From: Piedraia hortae CBS 480.64
Lineage: Eukaryota
NCBI GenBank assembly: GCA_010093745.1
Contig: MU005975.1
Location: forward strand, 186,001 to 250,000
Direction: 5' to 3'
DNA: 64,000 nucleotides
In this document: positions 11,196 to 24,399 of the stretch, piece by piece
Layout: the number at the start of each line of letters is the position of its first letter
Position numbering within the stretch: the stretch's first letter is position 1
Notes under the pieces: generated by a model
The model's input: only the letters and a program-made list of their open reading frames with translations
Databases searched by the model: none
Told to the model about the DNA's origin: nothing
Program-made: the position numbers and the translations under genes

Positions 11196-12915
11196 CTATT
11201 GTTCATTGTCAGAGATCGTGATGACCTCGTTTTCCTGTTGTCCATTCAGCCCGGAAAGCAAAGGGTTTGGAATCACGGGTCCGCTTTCATCATTTTTCTG
11301 TGCAAGGTCTGCTGCTGAGGTTTCTTCCTCACATTGGCCAAATGCAGCCCGTTCCGCATAAATCGATTTCCCAGGCGTCCCCACATCTGGAACACCAAAA
11401 ATGGGTTCCGGGAAAGAATCGTATTTCTGGACATCGCCCGAAGGCCGCCACTCCTGGTAAACATCTGGCAAATAGAAGGAGTTTACGCTGGTCGTGTTCC
11501 AACGACGCGAAGACCCCAAACCCTCGTGGGCGTGACACGCAGGATTTTCAAAGGGCCCCAAAGGCAGGTGTTCATTCACCAGTGAAATATTTTCGCCGCT
11601 ATTATCACGAAAAACTTCAACTCTCTTCGTCTTCTTACGATGGCCAAGACCATCCTCCACCAGTGATAAATTGTCTTCAGTTGGTAAGTAGTTACCAAAG
11701 GCGGGCATGTGACTAAGCGCCATATCTAGGAGGCGTCCAGTATTCACGTTCCGCTCCTGAAGAGCTGCACGGGAAGGACGTCCACGTTTCTTTCCACGTA
11801 TTGTCTTTTTCGCTTCATCTCCCGAAAATATCTCTCCAGGCAGGAGGAACTCGTAATCAATTTCGGCGTTGCCAGTTATGACACGCTGAACCTGGAGATC
11901 CAACCCACTGTGGCTGTCAAACACCATCTCCGTTGGCTGAACATTCTGAACAGCACGCTCCATGTCCATCATGACTGACTCATGTTTTGCCTGGTTACGG
12001 TTGCGCTTTTGTTCCAGAGTGGCCGAGTCGAACACATTCATTCCGGGCCAGATGTTGCCCTTGAGCTTATAGGCCTCGGACACGTAGTCCATCGCGCTTG
12101 TTTCGTCGGCCAGCGGTATGTTCTCATCAGTTTTAGTAGACGTTGGATCTTCAATGCTAGGCAAGACGTCGAAGTTCGCGGTGGGGTCAAAATCTTGAAA
12201 GAACGAGTTGTCGGGTGTCATTAGTTGATGATGCAGGAAGGACTCCGCGGTGGGTGAATGGCCTGAATCAGGCGTGAGGTTGTCGAGTACACCAGTCTCC
12301 ATGGTAAGGTTCGAATACGGGTCGAAAGGAACGGCAAGTAACGGCATGAACGAGCTCGCACTCTCTTCGCCGCCATCTGGAAAATAGGCATTCGTGGGAA
12401 AATCTGGAGACCCGCATTAGCACAGCAGCAGACACACGAGATGTTACTTAACCCATCATGTCCATGGACTCGGTGTGATTGCCTGAAATATGAAGTGGCT
12501 CAAGGCCGGAAAATAAAGCGGTGTCTCCACTCTGGTCTCCCAAGGGCGTACTGCCAACAGATGGACGATGAGTAGGTGTTTTGCCCAGACCTCGGGCCGC
12601 TGCCTTCTCGTCCTTGTTAATCAAGCGCTGTGACATGCGCTGATCGATTCTGTGCTTGCGGTACCAGTTGTCGTAGCTGTCCAGCAATCGTTTTGCTTGT
12701 GGATCTGTCTGGCTGCGCACTTGCAGCTTATAAGAAGCGCTTAGATGCGCTTTGCTGGCAACATGCGTCAACAAGTGACTGATGTCAGAGAACTCCTTTT
12801 TCCTTGGGCATATACCGCAGAGCAGCGGCCGCGGGATGTCACTGTCAACACCCGCACTACAGACGGCGGAAACTTCGGACTGGCTGATTGCAGTCGTTGC
12901 CGCTGAAGATGTCAT
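11196..12915 (-). CDS. Conserved fungal protein with an N-terminal C2H2-like zinc finger; exons 12915-12453 and 12403-11196
   Basis: Contains LCGICPRKKEFSDISHLLTHVASKAH and an LKGNIWPGMNVFDSAT..KRNRNQ block. A 49-bp phase-1 intron (GTTAAG...GCTAAT...CAG) joins the two ORFs in frame. Confidence 0.8.
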
Positions 12916-13584
12916 TGCTGAGACTGGCGGGACCACTTGAAAAAGTGTATCGCACCTACGCCCTGAACCTGACAGAAACCAGGGAAGGTGCCGGGGTAAA
13001 AGCAGCTTGCTTGAATTACGGCAAGAGCTGGTCAGTTTTATGTTGTTGAGGTGGATGACTGAGGTGAGAGGGTTGGATGGGAAAGAGCGATGAAAAAGTT
13101 GAGGGAGGGAAAATGTCCGGAATAAACGGTGACCCCACCAACGGTGTGCTCACGTGAAGAAAATAGTGGTGGCGGGCCAAGCTCAAGCTCAGTCACGCTC
13201 AAGCCTAGTCAGGCGTGGTGGTGACCACTCGAGCAACATATTTACTCTTTTGTACGTCTCCGCAGACTCCAGAAAATTGTTTAGCAGAGGTACTTGAGCT
13301 GTCGTTGGAATGTCTTCATTGTTCGAGCAAGAGTTCCAGCAACGATCCATAATCTTAGATGTGGAAAATACCATGATCGTAGCAGATGTCCTAGAACTGC
13401 CATGCTCGTGGCTGTTGCCCAATATTTACGAGGTGGAATATGAGTAGAGAATGTGAGACTTCATCATTACCGTGCTTTGATATGCTTGCCTGTCCTAATA
13501 TTCACAGCCTGTCTTGTTATAAACTTTTCAGGAAAAGTTCCCGATGTGGTCATGTTAATTAGCCATCTTGCCAACGGCGCTTCC

Positions 13585-14728
13585 TCATCGTCCTAGGGCC
13601 TGGTCTAAAACGCAGACTGGCAGACAACTGGAATATTTGTTAGCAAAGCCATCCGCAAAGACTCAGGGGTTCCCACTATGTTGGGTCGACGGCAGCCAAT
13701 CCTGGATATCCGAGCAAGCTGAGGCCCGCAATGCCAAAGTTAGTGTGGAAGACGTCTACCATGTCCCCTGGTCTATCTGCAAGGCCGCCATGAACTGGAT
13801 CCTGACACTGAAGTATGAAATTGGTTAACTTTGAACGATCGATCCAGTGCAGCCGATCGATCATTGCCAAGCTGCTGATAACCCACCAGCTGTAGCACAC
13901 GTCAGCTAGCTTTTCTGGGCGGCCATTCAAACCGCCGCTGGGCAATTGCCTCTCGCTGAGCCAAGCACCAAGCTTGTCCTTTCCTGCTTTTCCCAGGCTA
14001 GACTCTAGCTCACCAGCAACTGCTAGGGCCCCCACGCATGTGTAAACTTGGCCAGCATGAGATTCTGCACCGGGAAACACTCCAAAGGCTCCGTCAAAGT
14101 TTTGGCAAGCCCTGATGTAAGACGTGGCAGCAGATACATTGATCAGAGGAGGATGTTCTGGTCGTTGGTGTGGCAGCAGCCGCAGCAGGGACAGTGTATA
14201 AAGTGCCAGGAAGACGAAGCGAGTATCAGTCTCGCCCCAAGTATCCCCGGTAAACGTACCATCCGGCTGTTGCAACCTTGCAATATAGTCACCAATTCTT
14301 GATATGCTGTTGGGCTGCTGACTCTCCAGCTCTTCAAGGCCGTTGAGCATGAGGAGAATCTGTACAGCGTATCCTGTGTTGGTAAGGTGAACGTCATGGC
14401 CAGGGGCTGCACCAAAACCTCCCTCTTCATGCCAACAACTGAGGACATAATGTATCAGGTCTTTTCGATTTAAAGCATCGGGACGTCCGAGCAAATGAAG
14501 TACCGTAACAGCCCAGTAGATTCCAGGAATACGAAGATGCTCGGTTAAATGATATTCCAGCTCATTTTGACGCTGCGACGAGAGTCAGAACAGTTGACAC
14601 TTCGTAATCTGATTACAGAACATTCACACCTCATTAAGACTTTGGATATATGATACATGCTCTTCAACTGCCAGCTTCAGCTCTCCCGTCTTTTGATGAC
14701 CTCTTCCAGGGCCTGCCACCAGCGACAT
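13585..14728 (-). CDS. BET2: Rab geranylgeranyltransferase (type II) beta subunit, 3 exons
   Basis: Motifs TEHLRIPGIYW, GGFGAAPGHDVH, ESHAGQVYTCVGAL, GLNGRPEKLADVCYSWW and DVFHTNFG. Intron at 14573-14629, plus a short intron near 13630-13676 that restores the C-terminus DPTYCLP. Confidence 0.95.
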
Positions 14729-15429
14729 CGCAACCAACACCCACTTGGAGGAAGAGGTGTCGTTCAGGCGGAACGGGCCGCGCTGAGTAATCCGGAAGGT
14801 GACGTGATGACAGCCTTGGGAACGGGCCGAACGATCGCTCCCAAAATTGGCTAGCGTTTCAGACGTTCTCGCACGGTACGTGGACCAGGGGCTTGAGCGA
14901 AGCGACTCAGGTGGACGGCCCGTACTTGACTCTGTGAACAGTCCCAGCCCTCTCTCGATACAGACACACTCCTAATTATAAACTGTTCACTCACTCAACT
15001 CCGACATTTTTGATTGTTGACAGCATTTGACAGCAGCTGACAGCGCCGCGCCGCGCCAACGGATTCGTGTCAAGTGCGCTGCGGTTCACGGCTGGGCAGT
15101 GATAGGGTTATACTCGACGAAAGCGAGAGCACTCGCCACCGCCACCTCGCGAGGCGAGTGCCCACCCTGTGGTGGGATAAGGTGTAACCAACAGCAAACA
15201 TTCCCGACGCAGGTCGGCTGCCCCGCCCCCACCAGGACAGGGGTGTCGCTTGCGGGAAAAGACTGGCGGCGGTGGTAGGCCGTGGACGGAGGGAGTAGAC
15301 GGCGCTCCAGGTACGCTTTCTGCTTTTCGCTCTTCTTGTAGTTTCAACGTCGTCTACTGTCAATTACAGCGAATGGGCCGCAAGCTGCAGGTCCGGGAAT
15401 GTTAGGCGCTGACGCAAGGTTACACAGAA

Positions 15430-17503
15430 ATGCCCTCACGCCCACACGCAGCCGGCCTTTCTATCGCCAAGAGCGCGCCTACGGCCCACACTCAAGGCCA
15501 CAGTTCTTCGACGGACGCGTCCAGTGGTCGTACGGTCATAGACACATATCGTCCACTTCCCTCACCTCCGCTTCAATCCCCTACGGTGTCGTCTCCGCCG
15601 CCAGCATCGCCGCGACACGCCCGCGGTCAGTCTAAAAACTTTCTCAGCCATTTCAAAACGCGTATAAGCCCGGAGCACGACCATTGCAGGTCGCGCGTCG
15701 GGCCTATCCGTGAGGAAGACGAGAGGCCGCGAAGGACTGAGCACAGAATGACGGGGCTCTACAGCTTGCGGAAGAACACGGGCAGCACTCCAGAGCTCAG
15801 CCTGATTGGCAGCACGCTGAGCGTGAACCATTCGGGGCATCATGGTAAGTTTACGACTGCGATGAACACTGATGGGCCCCCGATTGGCACGTAGCGCTAA
15901 CCGGCTGCAGTCAGTCACGCGGAGGGCCGGCAGCGGCCCACGCCGCATAACAGCCAAGACTCTTTTGACAAGAAGCGCAAAGAGAAAGCCCATAGTCAGC
16001 TGGGTCGTTCGACTTCACTACGGCGCGACCAGGCGCGTAGTAGGTCGCCGGACAAGCACCTTGAGCACGCGCAAACCATGCCTCCGCCTGACAGTGGGCT
16101 GCTGAAGACGAAACGTGGCGAGCGACGCGGCAAGTCGGTTGAAAGAATCGCGGGCAAGGAGGAAGAGCAGCACCAGCACCAGCACCAGCCAGCCGATGGC
16201 GCGCGCGGAAGAGCTCACAGCAACCAGCGCGCCAAGGACAAGGAACGTGGCGGCGGCTTGTTCACCGGAAGCAAGAATGTTGTGTCCAAGGCGACCAAGG
16301 GAGGTGGCAACTTTCTCGTCCGTCTGGGCAAAATGGGTCGTAGCAGCAGTAACGCAGAGAAAGAAGTACCGGACAGCGAATACCAGCTTAAAGTGATCAA
16401 CCGCCCATTGGCTGAGCAGGCTCGCATCACGCGCATCAGCAAAGATCTCAGCAGCTGTCGGGATAAAACCGAGTATTGGATGCCAAGCTTACCGTGGCGC
16501 TGCATTGAGTAAGTAGAGCGGAAAGAGACTGGACATAACAGTGCTGACATCGTACAGTTATCTAAACTCCAACTGTGAGTCTGAAGGTTTATACCGCATC
16601 CCTGGAGGAGTACTACAAGTCCGCCACTGGCAACGCCGATTTGACCAGGAATTGGACATTGACTTGTTGGATGAAAAGGATCTCTATGATCCTAATGAAA
16701 TTGGTAGTGTACTGAAGAAGTGGCTAACAGATCTTCCGACGGAGATGATGCCGCTTAGTCTGCAACAGTCTCTTGCTGCTGAGTTGGAGCAGGAAAACCC
16801 AGACTTTAAGAATATTGGCCAGCCAGCACCGCAGCGTCTTCGAGACGTTCTCTCGGAGTTGCCACCCTTCAACTATTATCTCTTATTCGCTGTAACCTGC
16901 CACCTGAGTTTGTTGCTCTCCAACCAGGACAAGAACAAAATGGACCTGCATAACCTCAACATTTGCATTGGTCCTTGTCTTAAGCTTGAGCGCTGGCTTT
17001 TCAACTACCTAGTCGGTGACTGGCGCCACTGCTGGCAAGGTTGTTTCACCGAAAAACAGTATCTGGAGGCCGAAAAAGCTCTGGAGCAGAACAAAATTCT
17101 TCGCAGCAACAGCAGTCCGGCAACGTCTCGTACCGGCAGCCAAGCACCTGTCGGGTCTGACGAGAGCGTTGACAGTTCTGCAGATCGTGTATCCGAAGAC
17201 ACCCGTGACGCTCGACCACGTGCCGAGAACAAGCGACTAGTGGATGCCTTTAAAACGCGCGGTCAGCAGCAGCGCGACCCAAGCCCGCGTGACCGGAGGC
17301 TACCAGCTTTGACAGCTCGACCAACAACCTCTGACTGCGACTCCGAGTTCGATACCGTTCGCGGGCTGCCGTCAGATATCACACGTCCGCCTTTAGTAAC
17401 CCGCAATACCCACAGCCGGAGCAAGAGCGATGTCCCCCCTACTCCTTCAAAAGTCGCTGGTTATCCAGGTGGTGACTCATGGTTCAATCTTCCATCTAGA
17501 TGA
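15430..17503 (+). CDS. RhoGAP-domain protein; exons 15430-15844, 15911-16508 and 16558-17503
   Basis: Motifs RCIDYLN..EGLYRIPG (arginine finger), SVLKKWL and NKMDLHNL. Both GTAAGT...CTRAC...CAG introns keep the frame. Confidence 0.92.
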
Positions 17504-18191
17504 TTTTTTCCGAAAAGAGATGAATGCGCAAGTTTTTGAATAGAGAGCCGGGATGAGATTCGAGAGGAATGAACGGGACCTCAATCTAATTTTTGAATTT
17601 CTTCACTTTTCGATTCATGCATGTATGAGTATATATCTTGATCTTCTAAATCATGCCGTGCAAAGTCTGCCACATCAGAAGTTATGCGCGTTGACTTTGC
17701 CAATCCGAAGCTTGCCATGACGTCACAGAAACTTGGCGCCAGGTCTTGCCATCTTGAATCCTGCCCATCTTCTCATCTTCAGCGCCATCTACGCAGCTGC
17801 TTGCAACTTATTATTTTGTAGAAGGGAACGAGGGGAAAACTCTCATTTCTCTCCCTCGCACGCAGTTTCATACCCCCAAAACTCTATCCACGGTTCCTCG
17901 GACCGACCCGACCTGCCTTACGTAACTTATCCCTAGCCAGAAACCTTATAGCGGGAGGTCGCTGGAAGATTCCGCTAGAGTCATCCGCCAAGACGTTAAA
18001 TACTTAAATCCAGAAATCTTATGGTTCGAAGCAAATGACTGTCCACAGCCTGCAAGCGCTCTATAGCCTTGACCATAACCCTAAGCCTACACGACCTACT
18101 GTCTAAACTCCAAATCCGATACATTTCCCTTCTCATCGATTTACTCCCTTTCCTGCGTCTCCCCCATCTTCTTCCCTTGTACTTCTCCTCC

Positions 18192-18974
18192 TTATCCCCC
18201 TCCCCCCTCCTCCTCCTCATAACTATCCTGCACGTACTCCCTCAGCCTCCCAATCGTATCCTCAATCTTCCCAAACAACACTTTAATATTCTCCCTTCGC
18301 TGCACCTCCTCCATTTCCGCCATCGTCGCACGCAACTCGTTATACCTTCTCGTCAAGCTATCGCCGCGACGCTTTTCCGCGTCCAGCTGATTCGACAATG
18401 CCTTGGTTTTGGGTTGAGAGGGTTTAATTTGCATGCGCATGTCGGCGATTTCGTCGTGCGGTTTAATTTTCTGACCGATGAGAGTTCCTAGGAAGAGGGA
18501 CATGAGGATGAAGAGGGTGATGCCTGTGAGGTAGAGGGTGTCGTTGGACAAGGTGATGGTTGGGAGGGTGTCGTTGGACAAGGTGATGGTTGGGAGGGTG
18601 TCCCCGACGGCCAGCAGGGTGGTGTAGATTTGGGATGATTTAAGGGAGGGATGTTCGCCTCCGGCGTTAAGGTAGGAGATGGTTGGCTCGAGGATGTATT
18701 TCGTGGATCCGTTTGAGCCGATGAATAAAGGGGCATCGTAGTCTTCGCATCGTGAGGAGTAGACGTGGGTGTGTACCACCGTGGTTGCTCGCACTCGTCT
18801 TCGTCCTTGGGTGGGGTGGTCGATTTGGTGGCTGAGCCGCCGAGTGTGTTGTGGCAAAGGATGGTATTCTTCAGCTTGGCCATGAGGGTGATGATGAAGA
18901 GTTCTAGCGTTGTGGAGAAGGTGGTGAATTGCATTGTTGCGGGTTTGGGGTAGTTGTTGTGAGTTGTTGGTCAT
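18192..18974 (-). CDS. Orphan membrane/coiled-coil protein, possibly frameshifted; contains a 30-bp tandem duplication at 18534-18602
   Basis: Hydrophobic stretch LYLTGITLFILMSLFLGTLI followed by a coiled-coil-like tail. An overlapping ORF (18488-18934, MQFTTF...) offers an alternative N-terminus. Confidence 0.45.
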   Translation of the reverse strand: MTNNSQQLPQTRNNAIHHLLHNARTLHHHPHGQAEEYHPLPQHTRRLSHQIDHPTQGRRRVRATTVVHTHVYSSRCEDYDAPLFIGSNGSTKYILEPTISYLNAGGEHPSLKSSQIYTTLLAVGDTLPTITLSNDTLPTITLSNDTLYLTGITLFILMSLFLGTLIGQKIKPHDEIADMRMQIKPSQPKTKALSNQLDAEKRRGDSLTRRYNELRATMAEMEEVQRRENIKVLFGKIEDTIGRLREYVQDSYEEEEGGGG

Positions 18975-19699
18975 GCATTGTGGTTGTCGGTTGTGGTTGT
19001 GTGTATGTTGAGGGAAGACTAAGAGAGAAGGATTTTAAAGGTCAAGCGGAGGGAAGAAGTTTTACTTGGAGTAGAGGGTGACATTTTTGTTGTGAGAAGG
19101 CTCCTGGGTGGAAAGTTATGGTTTGGTTGAAGTTGGTGAATGGGTCGTGCTGTGTTTTTTTGAGTCAAGTTTGAGTGAAGTTGTTTCTAAGCTTGTGCGA
19201 AGGTGAAGCGGTGTGATGATGTCAGTAAGAACACTTTTCCATAAGATGAACGTGTGAACAGAACATTATCACCTACCGCTGGCTGAAATCACTCGGGAGG
19301 TCGCGCGCCAGGTAGTGGTACGAAGACATTCAATTGGATCAATTAATGTGTAAGGCGCCCGAGAAACACTTCAGGACTTCAAATACCGGTCATATTACAC
19401 GTTCCGTCAAGTTTGAGGTTACGGCCTATGCGGAAAATTTGCCATATACTGCACGCCCTGAGTCCACGACTGACATCTTGCCAAACTAGGTGCAGTGACA
19501 GAGGCTGTAAAATTGGAAAAGTTGCTAAACACTCAACGATCTCATTGTTCATTTTTGCAATCTCCCTGTAACTGGTTGTGTTCGATTGCGCAGTAGAACA
19601 CGAGTGCTGATGCCTGATAAGTGGGTCGTCCACTGTACCTTGGAAATGCTGTCCGCCACTTGCAGATGTGAAAAGAGAGACAGTCAAACATCGGCAAAA

Positions 19700-21120
19700 C
19701 AACGTGAGTCCCGTCTAAATACCATCAGATGTGAGACTCAGAGGTTACCCAGCGTGTTTGGACGGTGTCTTGGCGATATTAGATAAAAAAGTACTTTGAA
19801 TGAGTCAACCAAGCCTTTACGCGAACGAGAGGATGGTGGTCCCCTAGGATGATGTACCTTTCTTGTATAGTTCTCTCCTATTGATTTATATGCGTTCGAC
19901 CCCATGATTGCGTTACCTTCTGCGCCGTTATGGTCCGCTGAGCTGGCGGATATATGGTTGCCAAGTTCAATCTTGGAGGGTCTCTTTTTGCGAGAAGTGC
20001 GAGATTAGAAAGATGATATATCATTCGAATCCTTTCTGTTGATCAGGAAGAACTCCAGGTTAAAAGTCGCCTTTGATGTTGCCGCACTGATACAACCTGC
20101 TGCCGCACCCAGAACGCGTGCATGTTGGACATCTCCCTAGCCTTGGGAGCTTGCGCAGCGGCAGCAGACGCAAATCAAGATACTGTATTAGTTGAATTAT
20201 CAGGGTTAGACGATTGGATGGTATTGTGTGGTGCCTTGAAATTTTTTCACATACACCCGCGGGAATCACGTCACACCCAGTAGGCCGCCGATGATGCTGC
20301 GGCTTCAATGCACCTTTGTGTGCATGCTACATGGCATGGTGGAATGCTCCGAATTGTCCGGTTCGTGCTAGGTCAAATGCGCACCTTTGAGTGTGGGCTC
20401 CTGCATGGCTCTTGGCTGGCCGCTGGTCTGACCGCTGGCCTTGCTAGTGGACACTAGCAAACTTCTCACCATCAAACAAGGGACAAACAGAGTGTGTTAA
20501 AACCATTGAGCCGCAGGGTAAGCCCCTTTTTTCTTTTACACAGCGAGCTAACAGTTGGAATCTCTTCCAATCTCCGCCACCCGCGCTTCCAACGATATTC
20601 ATCGCCAATTTACCCAACGTGGCTCCCAATGAGCACTAGATTTACGCCCTTCCTCGTATCCGGAAAAAAGATAACCTCTCGCCAGGGCGGCCGTTTGCAC
20701 GAGTCAGTGTGGTAGCTTCACAAGACTTCTGAGAGTGCGCTCCACAATGCAGCATCAGCAAGAGAAGGTGAGAGACAAGGGTGAGAGATAAATGATCGAA
20801 CGAGCCGCTTGGTAGGAGGTTTACACGATGGTGCAATCTATTGCGCTTGGGGGCCAACACACGGCGCAACACCAATGCCAAGTATGGTGCTGTTGAGAAC
20901 CTATCTGGCTAAATCGCCCAGTTTGGCGCTACACGAAGCAGCAGTCTGTACTTCTCTCCGGCATTCAGAGCAATTGGCGCGGACCCACGAGCCCCAGATG
21001 CAAGAAATGTTGTCCCGCTTCTTGAAAATGCGTTGGAAAGCCAGTATGGTGACGTCGGACTCGTGCAAGACTATGGAAGGCTATGAAGGTGGAGGCCTCC
21101 ATGACCTGGAAATGGGCACA
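19700..21120 (-). pseudogene. Decayed ferric-reductase-like gene (Starship FRE type); bounds approximate
   Basis: RVNLLPSGSFDHLSLTLVSHLL (cf. INxxPLFxGxHLSFLADxLG); RHHTIPSNRLTLIIQ (cf. HPFxI..LxLLVQ); GDVQHARVLGAAAGCISAA at ~20080-20135 (cf. NAD-binding VLLxATGxGIAA). Matched by eye. Confidence 0.42.
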
Positions 21121-21124
21121 ATCT

Positions 21125-21305
21125 TGTTGGCCCTAGATTTTGTCCTCACAGAGGTTTCCCTCAGGGTCATGTCGCATGCGACATGGTAAATGCGCCCTGC
21201 TTCTGTTTGAGGTCTGTCATGGTGTAAGACTGCATGCTGACGGCCTTAATGCATGTATAGCCACTTGCTTACGCACCAAGAACTCATGACTCAGTTGCCC
21301 TTACA
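21125..21305. mobile_element. Short LTR, family E variant
   Basis: TGTTG...TTACA ends. Homologous to 45179-45340. Confidence 0.7.
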
Positions 21306-21309
21306 ATGT

Positions 21310-22790
21310 CTAGGGGAAGAGTGAGGTGGGTCCCATGAAAGACGTCATGAGTAGGCGAAGTCTTTCCTGGAAGCACCCACCAGCTGCCAGCTTCTTCCAC
21401 TCTTCCTGAACATGGAGGTGGATTTTTAAAATCTCCAGCAGACGGCTGCCTCCCCCTTGCACCTGCAGACGGATCTTGACGATTTTCAGCCCGTGGTTAC
21501 CTCTCCCGGGCGGATGGTGAAGAGAGATGCCGTGGATCGGAGAACAGAAGTGAAATCTGTCGTAGCGAAACGACATGTAGCAGAAAAGCACGATCGGTAA
21601 CCCGAATGATATTGCGCCGTCCTTGTTTCTGGTCTCGACCAGTATCGAGCAGACTTGTGAAAAGCAAACGACTGCTGAGATTACCGTTGGCCACACCGCT
21701 GCTCTTCGTCCTGGCCCTTCCCAGCCCCGAGGGAATTACTTGAGCGCTTCTGGTCCGGAGGAATTATCTTCCCCGATCGCGGACGCTCAACTTGGGGCCA
21801 GGCAGTAGCCCTCTCAATACCCGGTTCGTTACAGGCTGTCTTGATGCTCCAGTCATGACAGAGGTAGCCATGTGTCTTGCAACCTGCATACTCCAGTAGG
21901 CAGCGGTAGATTGACCGGTTGACAAAAGCCCAGAGCCTACCGCAAAGATAGCATGTTGTCGTTTTTGACGAACGGGACACGATCGCTTCCACCGACCGAG
22001 CAACAAAGCTGAAGTAACGGTGCGATAGCGCAGCTGGTCAGTTATGGGTGGCCCGCAGAATTTCAAGATCTCGACGACCGGGACATCCACTGCTCTGAAA
22101 GCATTTGCTACAGGACCCAACCAATCCAGTCCCCGATGAGTATGTTGCCCATTCCAAGCAAGAGTACGGAAGAGAGAGTGGCTCTTTAGGCTCATCGATA
22201 TTGCCAGCCATCAGAGGAGCAAGGTGAGTCTTTGACATTTCCCGACATAGCCCCATTCCTCCTTGAACCCGGCAACGCAAAGGCTTCTTCCGGTGTGAGC
22301 AGGCTTGCCATTGGAGGATCAAGGACCATTGGCCTGCGAAAAAAGTGGCACAGTTCCCCATTTCATGCCAACAAGTCCAATGTCCTGTTCCGATGCGCAA
22401 AAAGTCCCACCATCGGCGCAGTGCATAAATTCCGAGTATTACATGCCCAGAATCGTTGTTTGCTTCTTGGCAAAGGACCAAACGCCGAACAGTCGCATGT
22501 TGCACCTGCAAGCGTTGCAACACAGCAGAATGGGCATACTCAGTAACCCTAAAAGACAGACAGGATGCGTTGACAGGAGTGCCTTCAGCGACTTTGTTGG
22601 CGCGGAGAATCGCCGTTGTGTTGAACGATCTTCACATCGGGAGAGAGTAGTGAGTTGTTTTTATCACCCGACATCAGCACGCGAGAAGCTTTTGTTCCTA
22701 ATCCAATTTCATTTGATGTCGATGAATGTCGCTAAGTTCGCTTCTTGAGAAATGACGGCCCATGCGAATCACATTTTGCCGTGCAATCTT
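21310..22790 (-). pseudogene. Decayed DUF3723-like gene
   Basis: Ordered relic motifs: QNVIRMGRHF (cf. NVxRLxxxF); GLVGMKWGTV (cf. GLWxGMxLG); AVDVPVVEILKFCGP (cf. VDxxTVxxLxLxAP); LFCYMSFRY (cf. QLWLxAMRxF); WKKLAAGGCF. Multiple frameshifts; matched by eye. Confidence 0.45.
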
Positions 22791-24399
22791 CCCATATCAA
22801 CGATAACTCTCGCGATTATTTGTTGTTGTGCGAGAGATACCGCTGCTGTGTTTTTATAAATAAAGAAAAATCCCCGCCACTGTGTACACTGAGACGTATG
22901 GTGTAATTCAGCAGAGGCGGGGGTCACTAGGCAACCTCCAGTCTCGAAACAGGAGGGAAGAGCAGTGAGTTTATTTCCTCGCCACCGGCGACGTGCCCGA
23001 AGTTTCCTTCACGGTATGGTTACATCGTTCTCAACCCTGCTGACCGTACACACTTGTAGTCCAATCCACTTGCTCCCAATTCCATTCTCCAGATCCAGAG
23101 AAGTGCCTCAATCCCGGCTCAAAGTACCATCTCCTTGCAACGCAAGCACCCAATACCTTTAGACCAATCCTTAAGAACCACCGCCTCAAAGCTCATTACT
23201 CTCCGCCCACCTCCTATCGCCTCGTGAAATTGCAGATACGACTGAGGCAAAAAGTGTAACGACTCACAGCGTCGTTGCCCATGACTCAGAGGTGGCTCTT
23301 GTGCCCACCACCGCCGGTCAAGGAGCACAGCGAAGGGCGGCGTCATGTCTTCTACCGCCCAACACACTGCCACCGCGTTGGTAACATCAAAGAAAAGAGT
23401 GTACAAAAAAAGAGAATGAAATTGAAGTGTGTGCGTGTGATAGAAAAGTTTGCTTGGAAAGAAATTTTTCTCCACGCCGAGGAAACGTCACTCTTGTTAA
23501 TTCCGCTTTTGCGGTCCAATAAAATATTATTCCGGGACCAGGGGGTTTTTCCTGGGGGCCTGAGGCATTGTTTCCGGACTGGACGTGTAGAAAGAGCATC
23601 AGATTGGGTTGGCAGATGCAGGAGCTGTGATTCCCAAGAAAATTAATTGTTATATAGATAGCAGTAGAGAGATAAAAGAAACGGCATCGCACTAGTTGCA
23701 CTTCTCGGCCATGAAAACACCACGGCAGACGGGCCAGAAACTCCGTCGAGCCGGGTGGGAGCCGTGATTGTCTCTGCGGATGGCCGCGGGCCCATGTCAA
23801 GGCAGACTCTGGCGCTGCTGACCTCACTAGTGCTACGCTAGCGGAAAGATTGCCGGCTTCCGCTTATGAAGTTGTCTGGCCCTAGACCTTCGGGAGCCTC
23901 TGGCAACCATTGCAATGCGGAATAGATGGCGGCTTGACAACGACGGAGAATGTGGGCTGGCTTGTTCCAACGCAATCTGCTCATCAAAAGCGAGGAATCT
24001 CAGGTTGCAGATGCATGCCTCTCTGGGCAATGGGTTTGATACCATCATCTTTGCCAAGCGAAGAGCGAGAAAAAATGACATTCCGCCGCGTCATTTGCTA
24101 TACACGACCAGGGAAAGAAAAGCTAAGGATAGAGCACCACATCCTACGCTTGAGAGATAGCAAGATAGTCAGTCTTAGCATACCTTTTTTCCTATTACGA
24201 ACACCTATCAGAGGCTTCAGCGATGATGAGTGAAGACGAAGCGGCATGGTAAATGGGAAGCTGATGATGTGAACTGATCTCAATAGATGCTATTCCCCAG
24301 TGGAATGACTCTCTCTATATTTTAGCAAGTTTTGTCAAAGGCCTGATATTCCAACCAAACTTGAACTACATAGTGTACCCAAGCTCACGACCATGCCAG

